Below are positions 37,814 through 49,919 of a stretch of DNA of 64,000 nt, piece by piece. The notes under the pieces were generated by a model. The model searched no databases. It worked only from the letters and a program-made list of their open reading frames with translations, and was not told the DNA's origin. This DNA is from Okamejei kenojei (taxonomy: Eukaryota): the NCBI GenBank assembly GCA_035221665.1, contig CM069134.1, positions 94,860,001-94,924,000 on the forward strand, written 5' to 3'. Position 1 is the stretch's first letter. Each line of letters starts with the position of its first letter. A program made the translations under genes and the position numbers.

Positions 37814-39413
37814 CAGTGCCCTCCATAATGTTTGGGACAAAGACTCATCATTTATTTATTTGCCTCTGTACTCCACAATTTGAGATTTGTGATAGAAAAG
37901 AATTACGTGGTTAAAGTGCACATTGTCAGATTTTAATGAGGGCCATTTTTATACGTTTTGGTTTCACCATGTAGAAATTACAGCAGTGTTTATACATAGT
38001 TCCCCCCATTTCAAGGGCACCATAATGTTTGGCACGCATGGCTTCACAAGTTTATGTAATTGCTCAGGTGTGTTTAAATTCCGCCTTAATATAGGTATAA
38101 GAGAGCTCTCAGCACCTGGTCTTTCCTCCAGTCTTTCCATCACCTTTGGAAACATTTTTGTTGTTTATCAACATGATGGCCAAAGGTATTCCAATGAAAG
38201 TTAAAGAAACAAGAATAAAACTGTTAAGACATCAACAAAACCTTAGGTTTACCAAAATCAACTGATTGGAACATCATTAAGAAGATAAAGAGCACCGATG
38301 AGTTTGCTAATCACAAAGGGACTGGCAGGCCAAAGAAGTCCTCCATAGCTGATGATTGAAGAATTCTCTCTATAAAAAGAAAAATCCCAAAACACCTGTC
38401 CGACAGATCAGAAACACTCTTCAGGAGTCAGGTGTGGATTTCTCAATGACCACTGTCTGCAAAAGACTTGCTGAAAAAAAATAAAGAGGCTACACTGCAA
38501 GATGCAAACCACTGGTTAGCTGCAAAAATAGGATGGCCAGGCTACAGTTTGCCAAGTACTTAAAAGAGCAACCACAGTTCCGGAAAAATATTTTGTGGAC
38601 AGATGAGATGAAGATTAACTTATGTCAGAGTGATGGCAAGAGCAAAGTATGGAGGAGAGAAGGAACTGCCCAAGATCCAAAGCATATCACCTTATCTGTG
38701 AAACACGGTGGCGGGGATGTTATGGCCTGGGCATGTATGGCTGCTGAAGGTACTGGCTCACTTACTTCATTGATGACACAACTGCTGATGATAGTAGCAT
38801 AATGAATTCTGAAGTGTATAGACGCATCCGATCTGCTCAAGTTCAAACAAATGCCTCAAAACTCATTGGCCGGCAGTTCATTCTACAGCAAGACATTGAT
38901 CCCAAACATACTGCTAAAGCAACAAGGGACTTTTTCAAAACAAAAAAATGGTAAATCACCCAATCTCCCAATCTGAACCCAATTGAGCATGCTTCTTATA
39001 TGCCGAAGAGAAAACTGAAGGGGACTACCCCCCAAAACAAGCATAAGCTAAAGATGGCTGCAATACAGGCCTGGCAGAGCATCACCAGAGAAGACACTCA
39101 GTAACTGGTAGTGTCCAGACTTCTGTCATTGCATGCAAAGGATATGCAACAAAATACTAAACACGACTACGTTCATTTTCATGACATTACTGTGTCCCAA
39201 ACATTATGGTGCCATGAAATCGGGGGCCTTTGTATAAACACTGCTGTAATTTCTACATGGTGAAAGCAAAATGTATAAAAATGGCCTTTATTAAAATCTG
39301 ACAATGTGCACTTCAACCACATGTGATTTTTTCTATTACAAATCACAATTTGTGGAGTGCAGAGGCAAATAAATAAATGATGGGTCTTTGTCTCAAACAT
39401 TATGGAGGCACTG
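37814..39413 (+). mobile_element. Full-length decayed Tc1 transposon of the IR/DR type
   Basis: TA|CAGTG...CACTG|TA ends. TIRs of about 220 bp, each with two ccataatgtttgg direct repeats. Broken transposase with ILWTDEMKINL and VKHGGGDVMAWACM. Confidence 0.95.
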
Positions 39414-39583
39414 TAAAACTCGCTCTCTATTTAAAAGATTTCTATTCTCTAGTTTTCTTTTCTCAGTTAAATGAATAACTTTACAATTGCTCACTTTATA
39501 CTTTTTTCCACATTCTTGCCTGCTCACTTAAATCATCTTTTGCAACCTCTTTGCAAGCTCCTTACACCTCACAATCCGAATTA

Positions 39584-39803
39584 TTAAATAAATAGCATAG
39601 CATGTTTGTTGCAAAACATTTTTCCTAATGGTGCCAACTTATTACCAGATCCGATATGCTTGAGGATTTCATTGATCAAATCTTGTGTTCTCCGCATCTC
39701 ACTGGTCAGTGTCAAAGTTGTACTTTCCTGCTGCTGATAAATATCTGAAACCTTCAACTGTAGCTTTTCAATCTCGTCGTGTAGTTCCATACTTGAAATG
39801 CTT
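39584..39803 (-). CDS. TRP-like cation channel, exon E (coiled coil); reads to the stop at 39584 or splices at 39646
   Basis: Strong acceptor tttttcttttcttttcag with a phase-2 start. Encodes SISSMELHDEIEKLQLKVSDIYQQQESTTLTLTSEMRRTQDLINEILKHIGS, with a heptad-like pattern. An internal donor TG|GTAATA follows position 39646. Confidence 0.78.
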
Positions 39804-40324
39804 CTGAAAAGAAAAGAAAAAAATGCTATGAGTTTCTTTAAATCCATGTGTTTTAAATAACAAACCTGATTTTCCAGAGTGCACAATAATTTAAATGAGA
39901 CGTTGTAAGCTAATGATATATTGTAAAGTTAGTGAAAGGTTGTAAAGTAAATAAGACCAGTCTCGCACGAAGTATAAAGTTAATGCGTGGGTAAATATAA
40001 GATTGTCTTAAAGTGTTGTAACCTAAAAGAGGTACTGAATTGTTAACAGGGAAGTGCCATGCAAATAGGATTGTGCAAATGTGTTTGAGTAGAAAATTAA
40101 AAATTTCACTGGAAAATTAATTGTAAATACAACTTGCATCCATTTTGCTGATTGTAGCTGAGGTGGAAACTCGGCTTTTTAAAAAAAAGTTGGGCCTAAT
40201 TATGCAGTCTTAGATCAGGAACCAGGAGATCACCTCCACCTTAGTACTGAAGGAAGTGCTTCATATAAATTTAATGTTTGAATGTGGGCACATTCAGTTA
40301 GAGCGTATTCATGATGTGTTGTAT

Positions 40325-41863
40325 AGAAATTGCTATCAAAACATGGGGGGGGGACACAATTTCTTGGCGGCCGCACGTGCATGTGCACACACGCGAGGGT
40401 TCGGCAGTGGGCCCTATGGCCGGTAACGTCTGCAACTGACCTGGTTGGTGACCCACTCCGAACTCTGTCAACAGCAGCTTCGGGGTAATGTAATCTGTGA
40501 CCAACAGCAATGTTGTCCTGAGATAACCTAGATAGCCATTCAGTTCAAGGCCAATGACAATGCACAGACCTGCCTGCGCAGTGCTGACAGAGGCTGCGCT
40601 TCACAATGACCGCATTGTTACATGTTTGAACACAATCTGGAGCCCATCGAGTCCACAGGCAGTACAGTACACATTCAAGGTCGTTAAGGACCATCGGCTC
40701 CATGAGAGCTCACAGTGGGACAGGCCTGGAATGGATAGGAAGTGGCAGCAAGAAGCGGCGGCGGCGCTTTGCCTCCAGCCGCCGGCATTCGCCCTGTTGC
40801 TGCCACTGGAGCAACATAGACCTTGCTTGTAGTAATAAACGGGAGCTGGCAGTTCACTACCCACCCCACCCCCTCCTGCCCAAAACGGACCGGTTAGTTA
40901 TTTAAGTTTGAACTTTAAATTTGCTGTTTGCTTTCAAGCTCTTCAGCTTCGTAACATTTGCTTGGTACGAAAACACTTAGAGCGAGATAGAAAATAATTG
41001 AGAATGTTCTGAATAATTCTTGATTAATCCACGTACCATCCCTAACCCTAATGTACGAATATGGATAGAAAGTTTCACAGAAGAAAGTTTAAAACAAACT
41101 ATGCACAAATGCAGCAGGGATGGCGAGAATTCAGATGGCATTGCTGAACATTTCCCTGAAAATAGAGGTTTTAAAAACAATCCTCAAGATACTTGGATAA
41201 AATTTGAGGTTATGAGTTACTGAGAGAGTGGAACTGTATTAAATTAAACCCTGTGCTGTGCTGTATTTGTGAGGAAAAGCATTTATTTGGAGAATGTCTC
41301 TGAGCCCCAGTCCAATTTAGACTGCAGACAAAATATTCATTACCTTTATCTGCCCCGAATCGTGGGGCTTCAATTGGCCCGTTCATGGGGCCTTTCATCG
41401 CCCGGCGGGGGCTTCAACATTGGGAGCCTCGATGCAGCAATTTGACCGCGGGGCGGTGGAAGATCCCGAGGTCAATTTTAAGCTGCGCCAGGCCGGGCGA
41501 TGAAAAGCCCCGCGAATGGGCCAATTCAAGCTCCGCTCTGATCTTTGCTCCACCAGGACGTCTCCTCCAATCACCGCGCTCTATCCTCAATCCCACCCCT
41601 CTACTTCTACCTCTGACCGACACCTCCCTCCTCCAATCATCGCGCTGAATCATCATGGTCCCCCCCCCCCCCCCCCACTGTCTGTAGACCGACGTCTCTC
41701 TTATCCAATCTCAGCCCTCGATTATCAGCGGAGATTTTTAATAGATTTTATTTTCACAGAGTTTTAAAATCCGGATTACAAAAAATGGGGGGGGTCGTCC
41801 CCCACCTCTCAAAACAGGGGGGGACGTGTCCACCTGCCCCCCCCGGGGAATTTCCAACCCCTG
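40325..41863. mobile_element. Probable non-autonomous hAT-like element (CpG-rich interior; left end uncertain)
   Basis: Right end ...gggggacgtgtcc...aacccctg and a related left motif caaaacatgggggggggacac. No convincing TSD found. Confidence 0.4.
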
Positions 41864-42024
41864 TAGTATGTGTATGAAGTGGGATAAGGTCTTATGTTGT
41901 GGTTGAATTTCAGGTGGAGGAAAAATGGGATGAATTGCAATATGTTTTAAGAATGTTCAAGAGGACCAAGATTTGCATGCTATTTCACTTGCTCACAGTT
42001 TTTAAAATTACAAAAGATAGACCT

Positions 42025-42172
42025 CTTAAAGATAGCGGAGTCAGGGGATATGGGGAGAAGGCAGGAACAGGGTACTGATTGTGGATGATCAGCCATGATC
42101 ACATTGAATGGTGGTGTTGGCTCGAAGGGCCGAATGGCCTACTCCAGCACATTTTGTCTATTGTCTATTGTC
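42025..42172 (+). mobile_element. CR1 3' tail fragment
   Basis: ggatatggggagaaggcaggaacagggtactga followed by (ctattgt)n; same family as 10642-12517. Confidence 0.8.
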
Positions 42173-42712
42173 CCAGGCTAATGTTATCAGACAATCACTA
42201 ATTTTACATAAATGCAGAAAATACTGGTGATATTTGGGTCAGAATAGAGGCAGACAAATTATTTACTTTTTTGGGTCAGTGACCTTTCATTAATTTTGAT
42301 GCTGCTTGACCTGGTGTATATTTTCCACATGCTCTGTTTTTATTTAAGATTTCCAGCATCTGCAATTTCTTGCTTTTTGTCAACCTTACATTATGCTTGG
42401 TGATGTATGTTCACAGAATCGCAATGGTGCACTGCAGCCATGATGATGTGATGTGATCTATTTCCCAAATGCAAAGGCATACTCATTTCCTCCCTTTTGC
42501 TCCCCACTTTGTTTTGCTGTTGTACCAATGAGGCTATTCTGCAGCTTACAAAAGAGAGACACCTACAACTCTAAAGTAATAAAATCAAACATTTAAAAGT
42601 CACAAATATTCAGCTGTTTATGGAATAATCAGTTTGAAGTGAAGGAAACAATACTCGTGCATTGTAGAACACTGTAAAACTTGGGAATGAGGGAAAATTT
42701 AAGTGAACCTAC

Positions 42713-42837
42713 TCTTCATCTTGATTTTCGATATGGCCTCTGCCAAAAAATATTTTGCCTCGTCTGGGTCCAGGACTCTGTTCAGACATTTCCCATTCTT
42801 CCTTTTGTAATAAACTTGCAAGATTATCAATATCTTC
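42713..42837 (-). CDS. TRP-like cation channel, exon D (C-terminal; absent from the ORF track)
   Basis: Acceptor tttctctctccag, then an open frame EDIDNLASLLQKEEWEMSEQSPGPRRGKIFFGRGHIENQDE(E), then donor GA|GTAGGT. Phase 0 in and phase 2 out exactly bridge exons C and E. Confidence 0.8.
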
Positions 42838-43099
42838 CTGGAGAGAGAAAGTTCAGAATTAGTTGCCATTGAGAATCATGATTCTGAAACTCGGGTTTAG
42901 TTTAGTTTTGAAAGAACCAAGATAGGTTAAATGGGCAGTGGAAGAAACATGTACTTTTACTTAAATCTGTGCTCTCGCAGCCCAGAGACCAGCCAAGTAA
43001 TTTAGAAAAAGAGTATCCTTCTCTCTTGTGAGATTAAAGACCAAAGATGGAACAGGATGAGGGGAAGAGGGATTGTGGAGGTGTGCGTTTACACAGTCC

Positions 43100-43415
43100 T
43101 TTCAGGCAAAAGGGATAGAAGTGTGAAAACTTTCAGATTCAGGGACAGTTTCTTCCAGCCTATTAACAGGCAACTGAATCATCCTACCACAAACAGAGGG
43201 CAATGCTGAACTACTCTCTGTTGTCCACCAGACTATCCTTGATCGGACTTTGCAGGCTTTACCTTGTACTATACGTTATTCCCTTATCATGTATCTACAC
43301 ACTGCAAATGGCACGATTGTAATCATGTATTGTCTTTCTGCTGTCTGGATAGCACACAGCAAAAACCTTTTCCCTGTATCTCGGAATACGTGACAAAAAA
43401 CTAAACTAACTAACT
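43100..43415 (+). mobile_element. Rex1/Babar 3' fragment
   Basis: Similar to the reverse complement of 24680-25000, with an (aacta)n tail. Confidence 0.7.
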
Positions 43416-44614
43416 TCACTCTCCATTAAATTATGGAACAATTGTATGAGCATTCATTGTAACTGAGAGCTACATACAAAATAATTAATTCCGGAGCATC
43501 AACATATCTCATGCAGCTGAACATACAAAGGGTAACATTTGAGCTTGGAAAGGAAAGGTTTCGAGGGATATGGGCCAAATACAGGCAAATGGGACTAGCT
43601 TAGATGGGGCATCTTGGTCGGCATGGATTAGTAGGGCTGAAGAGCCTGTTTCTGTGCTATATGACTCTATGACTTTGGTGGCAATACAAAATAGTTAGAA
43701 GCAGATGGATAGCTTTCTCTTAGCCTCTCCACTTTCCATCCTCACTAAAGGCAATGCAAAGGATTCTAGGGTAAAGTTTCTATCTTACTGTTTAATATCA
43801 GTACAATTTACTATAGATCATATACAGATCATATGTTTGTTCCTTCTGCATTGTACCAGTAAAGAATATTAAACCCAATATAAGAACAAGTCCAATTGGA
43901 CTAATATTATGTGTTACTGCCTACTCAAGCTGTTCTTTCAGTTTTTGGGTAAGATTGCCAACATAGTACCAAATATTAACAATATTGCACTGTGGCCCAC
44001 TGCTTAACATAAACTGGTTTAGCTTTAGCATAATAATTATTACCAACATAAACTAATAATCAATGGTTTCAGCAAGGATTTGTTTTTGTCACTGAACTCA
44101 GACATATTTAGCTACCTTCACATCATATTCCTGAAATATATCACTCTCCAAAAGCATGTTTAGTTGTTCAGGTTATAATCGGGGTAATTGTTTCTCAGAA
44201 ATGCCGGCACAACTGCATGCAGCTGCTAGCAATTCCAGTATCAGGAATCTCGGGACTTTTGCACAAGTGTTCATTCATGGTGAAGTATCAAACATTTTGA
44301 CAGCTGCTCTTTGGCCAATTCTCCAGTAATGTTCACAGTATTAATGATTGAGATGAGAATATGTGGCATTATTAATAAGTTTAGCACATTGGTCGTGCGG
44401 ACAGTGAAGAGGGTTGTCTCAGGTTGTAACAGATCAACTGGGAAATTGGGCAAAGGAACAGCAGATACAATGCAGTTTGGTAAGTTAAACCAGGGCAGGA
44501 CTAACATAGTATATGACAGCACCCTGGGACGTTTTTCAGAATAGAAAGATCGAGGGATACAAGTAGTGCTTTTTTTGTAGGCAAATAAGTGGTGGTGGAT
44601 ACAATTAATAAACA

Positions 44615-45628
44615 CTAAACCAAGTGGGTCCCGTTGGGCCCCGTTCCCCCAATGCAATATTCCACCGCCTACCCCTTCCCTCAACGCAACCCGTTTCCAC
44701 CACTCACCCGTTTCTCTAACATAACCCGTTCCCCCAACGCAATGTTCCACCACTCACCCATAGCCCCCAACTGCGCATACGCTGCTGATTTCCCCTCATC
44801 CCCCAACACTCCCACCCCCTCCCTTCACCCTCCCTCTTCTCTCTCCTCTCCTCCTCCACTCCCTCACCTCTCCCTCCCTCTCCTTTCCCCTACCCTCAAT
44901 CACTTCCTACCCTCAGTCACACCCTTACTCCCTACCTCCATAATCCCTCTACTGCCTCACCCCCGACCTGTTGGGTCCCATTCCCCCAACGCAATATTCC
45001 ACCATTCACCCGTTCCCTCAACACAACCCGTTCCCTCAATGCAATATTCCACCACTCACCCATAGCCCCCAACTGTGTAGGTGCAGCTCATTTCCCCTCA
45101 TCCCCAACACTCCCCCCCCCCTCCTCACCTTCCCTCTTCTCTCCCCTCTCCTCCTCCACTCCCTCCCTCCCTGTCCTTCAGTCACTCCCTACCCTCAGTC
45201 ACTCCCTCCCTCCCTCCATAACCTCTCTCCCCTCCCAATCCCCCTTGATGTCATTGTGAGGTGGAAGCTGATGTCTTTTTTAATGTAAATGTGATCCCAT
45301 TGTGATGTAATTGTGGGATTGATCGCTGCTGACAGGCAGTTTATGTAAATGAGACCCCGTTATGACATCATAGCTGCTAACTGCCACAGCAACTTGAATT
45401 GCTTTTTCTCAAAGTGGGGTTTTGTAAAGTTAAAAATGTGAATAACTTGTAAAATATAACATCAATCTGAACGAAACTTGATAAAAACACACGACAGGAC
45501 AATTGTGAGTAAGGTGGTCCAAAATGTGAGCACTATCATGTTCCGTTTTGGTGTAGTTCCGGGAGCACATGGCACTCAGACAGACACACACACAGAATCA
45601 CAAACAGGATGAGAGTTTTAGTAATATA
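44615..45628 (-). mobile_element. Non-autonomous Helitron-like element with internal repeats
   Basis: On the minus strand it starts TATATTACTAAAACTCTCATC and ends with a GC hairpin (ggggcccaacgggaccc) followed by acttggtTTAG|T. Internal repeats of cccccaacgcaatattccacc. Confidence 0.55.
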
Positions 45629-47163
45629 CTAGACCAAGTGCAGTGGGGGTGGGGGGCGGGGGCGGCATGCGGTGTCACACACACTATCCACCCACACACG
45701 CAGACTAACTAGCCCCCCGCACACACACTAACTACCCCCCTTGATATTATATTAATATTATTAATTTGCTCCTTGAGAGAGGGGGTGTGGGGAGGGGAGA
45801 GGTGGGGGAAGGGAGGGGGAGGAAATGGAGGGTGGGGAGGGGGTGGAGGGAATAGGATAGTGCAGGGTGGGAGGGGGAGGGGGAGGGGGAGGGGGAGGGG
45901 GAGGGGGAGAGAAAGGGGAGAGAGAGGAGTGGGGAGGAGAGGGGAGAAAGAGAGGGGGAGAGAGAGAGGGGGGGGGGGGAGGGGAGAGAGATAGAGGGGA
46001 GAGAGAGGGAGGAGAGCAAGAGGGGCAGAGAGAGGGGGGAGGGAGAGAGAGGGGGAGAGGGAGAGATGGGTAGAGAGAGATGGGGGAGAGAGAGAAGTGG
46101 GGGAGAGTGAGAGAGGGGAGAGAGAGAAGTGGGGGAGAGTGAGAGAGGGTGGGAGAGAGGGGGAAGAGAGAGATAGGGGCGAGAGAGAGAGAGGGGAGAG
46201 AGAGGAGGGGGGAGAGAGAGCGGGAGAGAGATGGGGAGAGAGAGATGGAGAGAGAGAGAGAGAGGTGGGGGGAGAGTGAGGAGGGGAGAGAGAGAGATAG
46301 GGAGAGAGATAGAGAGGTGGGGGAGAGAGAGAGGAGGGAGGGGGAGAGAGGGGGGGTCTGCAAGTTTTTTTTCAAAGCTCGTTTGCCCGCTCGCAAGATT
46401 TTTTTCAAAGGACTTGTGAGCAGCGCGACTGGCAGCGCGTTCGGTTTGCAGCGGGAGGGGGGGAGGGGCGCAAGGGGCAGGTTTCCCAGAGGGAGTAATG
46501 GCCGCGAGGGCCACCTTCTCATCGCGTGCCCTGCATGACGATAACGGCCACCGCCATGTTCTACCATTGGGCGGGGGAGACGGAGAAGATTCAGATGCAA
46601 GCCGGTGGCCTCCGGTGACCGGCTGTGACCTGCTGTGACCACTGGTGACCGGTAGTGTCCTCCGGATCTGCAGAACGCTCGTTCTTTCTGTGCATATTGA
46701 GAACCGGTGGGGGGGGGGGGGGTTGTAACGTACCTCATGGAAAACTGCGCATGCGCATTGACATTAATTCGGAGCGGCGGGCAGGCAGGGCCACAAGCGA
46801 GCTGAGCCACGAGCAAGGGCATTAATATTTTTAAAATATGTCAGTTTGGTTATAAATTTTAGTAAATATTTCGGGAAATAATTGACCAGATTTATAGAGG
46901 ATTGTATTTTTGAAATATAAGGCAAATTTCTACCAGAAAATGTAAAAATGTCACTGTTATTGTAACGTCAGCAGCTGGGCAGTGGTCAGATTTTAAAAAA
47001 AGGTCAGATTGGTCAACAATTTTAATTAAAAAGACAGGAAAATAATGTACCAAATGTACAGAGGCGTGGATTTCTAAAATCACAAGGAAAATCGCTACTG
47101 AAATATGTAAACATTTCCCTGTTTCAGCATCTGGAATTTCGAGGAGATACGTTTCAAAGGCAA
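45629..47163 (-). mobile_element. Second Helitron-like element abutting the first and running into the gap
   Basis: Same terminal motif acttggtCTAG at 45629, a CpG-rich interior and a long purine tract. The 5' end is not visible because of the gap. Confidence 0.45.
45775..46356 (+). repeat. Polypurine (G/A) low-complexity tract
   Basis: About 580 bp made almost entirely of G and A; source of the spurious Pro/Leu/Ser and Gly/Glu/Arg ORFs. Confidence 0.97.
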
Positions 47164-47327
47164 NNNNNNNNNNNNNNNNNNNNNNNNNNNNNNNNNNNNN
47201 NNNNNNNNNNNNNNNNNNNNNNNNNNNNNNNNNNNNNNNNNNNNNNNNNNNNNNNNNNNNNNNNNNNNNNNNNNNNNNNNNNNNNNNNNNNNNNNNNNNN
47301 NNNNNNNNNNNNNNNNNNNNNNNNNNN
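47164..47327. other. Assembly gap
   Basis: Run of N. Confidence 1.
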
Positions 47328-47449
47328 TATGATATGATTGATGCGTGTCATGTTGCCAGAAACCAAAATAATAATATTCAAGTTTTTAGAGGTGGCAGTA
47401 TGCCATACCAGTATGTACCATCACAAAATGAGCACTGGGAATAAGTACA

Positions 47450-48125
47450 AATTTGCTGGAGGTGGCAAGTTAGGCAAAGTAATGAAGGAGTGAAACATGT
47501 CTGCCTTCATTGGACAGGGCATTAATTGCAGGTACAAGAATGGAAACATCATTTTACAGCTGTATGGATGTTGCTGAGACCACTTGGAATATTGTTTATG
47601 GTTCTGGTTGCTATACTATGGAAAAGATGTAATTAAGATGGAGAGGGTGCAGAAAATATTCACAAGCATGTTGCCAGGTTGGAGGGTTTGGGTTAAGAGG
47701 AAAGAATGGATAAACTGTGACTGTTTTCCCAGGATCAAATGATGCTGAGGGGTGGTATAAGGTTTATAAAATTATGAGGGGCATAGATAAGGTAGATTGT
47801 CACAGTCGTTTTCCCAGGACAGTGGATTCTAAAACTAGAGGGTATAGTTTATACCCTGAGAGTGACGACAAGATGGTGGTTAAGAAGAGAGGGGAAAGAT
47901 TTAAAGAACTCAAGTGACAAGGGTGGTGCGTATATGGAATGAGCTGCCAAGGAAATTATAGAGGTGGGTCCAATTACAATGTTTAAAAGAGATTTGGAAA
48001 GGTACATTGAACTGAAGAGTGATACAGTCCAATGCTTTCAAATGGGACTAACACAACAAGGCACCTTGGTCAGCATGGACGTTGGGCCAAAGAGCCTGTT
48101 TTTGTGTCATATAATTCTATGACTC
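47450..48125 (+). mobile_element. Old CR1 3' fragment
   Basis: agaccacttggaatattg, VYKIMRGIDKV and a tatgactc tail. Confidence 0.7.
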
Positions 48126-48554
48126 CATGAGTTGCATCGTCTACTTGCTGAACCTGTACTTTGCTACATGTAGCCCATGTTCAGCAATCGTTCTTTTTCA
48201 ATGAAGAGAACAATTCTTTTGAACTAATTGAACTATCTTAAACAAAACTAAGCATATTTAAGTGTTTTCATTTTATTTTAACTACAATTTTAAAACAAAA
48301 TATTTGTATTAATCTGAAAGAGTTAGAATACATACAAGAACTATTTTGATTGCTGGCTAAGCCTGGGATCATGGCTTAGCTGAATGTCAACTTTTTTTTA
48401 GCAAACTCTGGGTGATATTGTTTACACCTCGAAGGCCTTGTACTGTACAATGCTTTGTCAATCATTTGTCACCAGCTTCATCAAGGAACATGCTGCTTTA
48501 CGAACTGTTCAGTTAAAGTATGGACTTAGCAGATAGTTAGATGGGCTGCAAGTC

Positions 48555-49900
48555 CAAACCAAAGAACTATGGGCTGGCGAGCTTAATATCGGTGGTAGGA
48601 AAGTTATTGAAGGGGATTCTGAGAGACAGGGTCTATCTGCATTTGGAAAGACATGGACAGAATAAGTATAAGACTAGTCAGCATGGCTTTGTACATGGGA
48701 AATTGTGTCATAAATTTGATTTAGGTTTTTGGAAACCAAAATGAGTGATGAGGGCAGGGTGGTAGATATCGCTTTCATGGGGTTTATCAAGGCTGTTGAC
48801 AAGGTTCATCTGGTGGGGTTGACAGAAGTTTAGATCACATGGGATCCAACATGATTTCGCCATTTGGATACAAATTAGCTCAGTGGTAGATCACAGAGAG
48901 TGGCAGTGATTGGTTGTTTTTAAGATTGAAGGCCTATAATCAGTGGTGTGGCATCGAGATCAGTGCTAGGTCCCCTGTTGTTTGTTATTATCTATAGTAA
49001 TGATTTGGATGATCATGCAGGTGGTATGATTAGTAAGTTTACAGATTAAAGCAAAATTGTTGGTAAAGTGGACATTAAAGAAAGTGGTCTAAGGTTATAA
49101 TACCATTTAGATCCTGGAATAGTGGACAAAGAAATGGCGGATGAAATTTAACTCAGACAATTGTGATGCATTGCATTTTGGGAAGTTAAGCCAACGCAGG
49201 GGATACACAGTAAAAGGCAGAGCCTTGGGTGGGTGTTGTGGAGAGGTGAGATTTGGGGTATCGTATATCATTCCCTGAAAGTGACAACAAGGTGATGAAG
49301 AAAGTGTATGGCCTGCATGTTTACATCTGTAGGGCACTGATTACAGAAGTTGGGACATAACGTTACAGCTATATAATAGTGAGAATGGACTAGGACTAGT
49401 AAGTGTAGTTCTGATTGACACGCTGCAAGAACAATATGTCTAAGTTAGAGACAGCAGAAAAAATTCACAAGGATGTTGCCAGAACCTGAGGACTTGAGTT
49501 ATATTAAGAGACATGATAGGCTGGGACTGTTTTCCCTGGAGTGAAGGAGGCTGAGGGGTGAACTCATCAATGTTTATAAAATCATGAGGAGCATAGATGG
49601 AATATATAATCACGATCTTTTTACAGGGTCTGAAAGTCTAAGACTAGATGGCACAGATTTAAAGTGAAAGGGCAAATTTTAAAGTGGACCTGATAGGCAC
49701 ACAGTGGTGGAGAAATGGAGCGAGCAGCCAGGAGAAGTAGTTGAAGCAGATACAATAAAAACATTTAAAAGATATTTAGACCAGTACACGGACAGGAACA
49801 ATTAGTGAGATTTATCAAACACAAATAACAGGACCAGCTTAACTGAAAACTTTAGTTGATATGAATGAGTTGAGCTGAAGGATCTGCCTCAATACTGTTA
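48555..49900 (+). mobile_element. Old, heavily decayed CR1 RT region
   Basis: SLISVVGKLLKGILRD and SQHGFV, then a degenerate RT continuing to the 3' UTR. Confidence 0.75.
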
Positions 49901-49919
49901 AACTAATCTGCTAAACTGT

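Noticed and set aside
44634-45288. Pro-rich ORFs
   Set aside because: They derive from internal repeats and C/T-rich tracts of the Helitron-like element.
45747-46822. Long ORFs of 255-353 aa rich in Pro/Leu/Ser or Gly/Glu/Arg
   Set aside because: They are translations of a G/A low-complexity tract that lacks stop codons; no domain or splice support.
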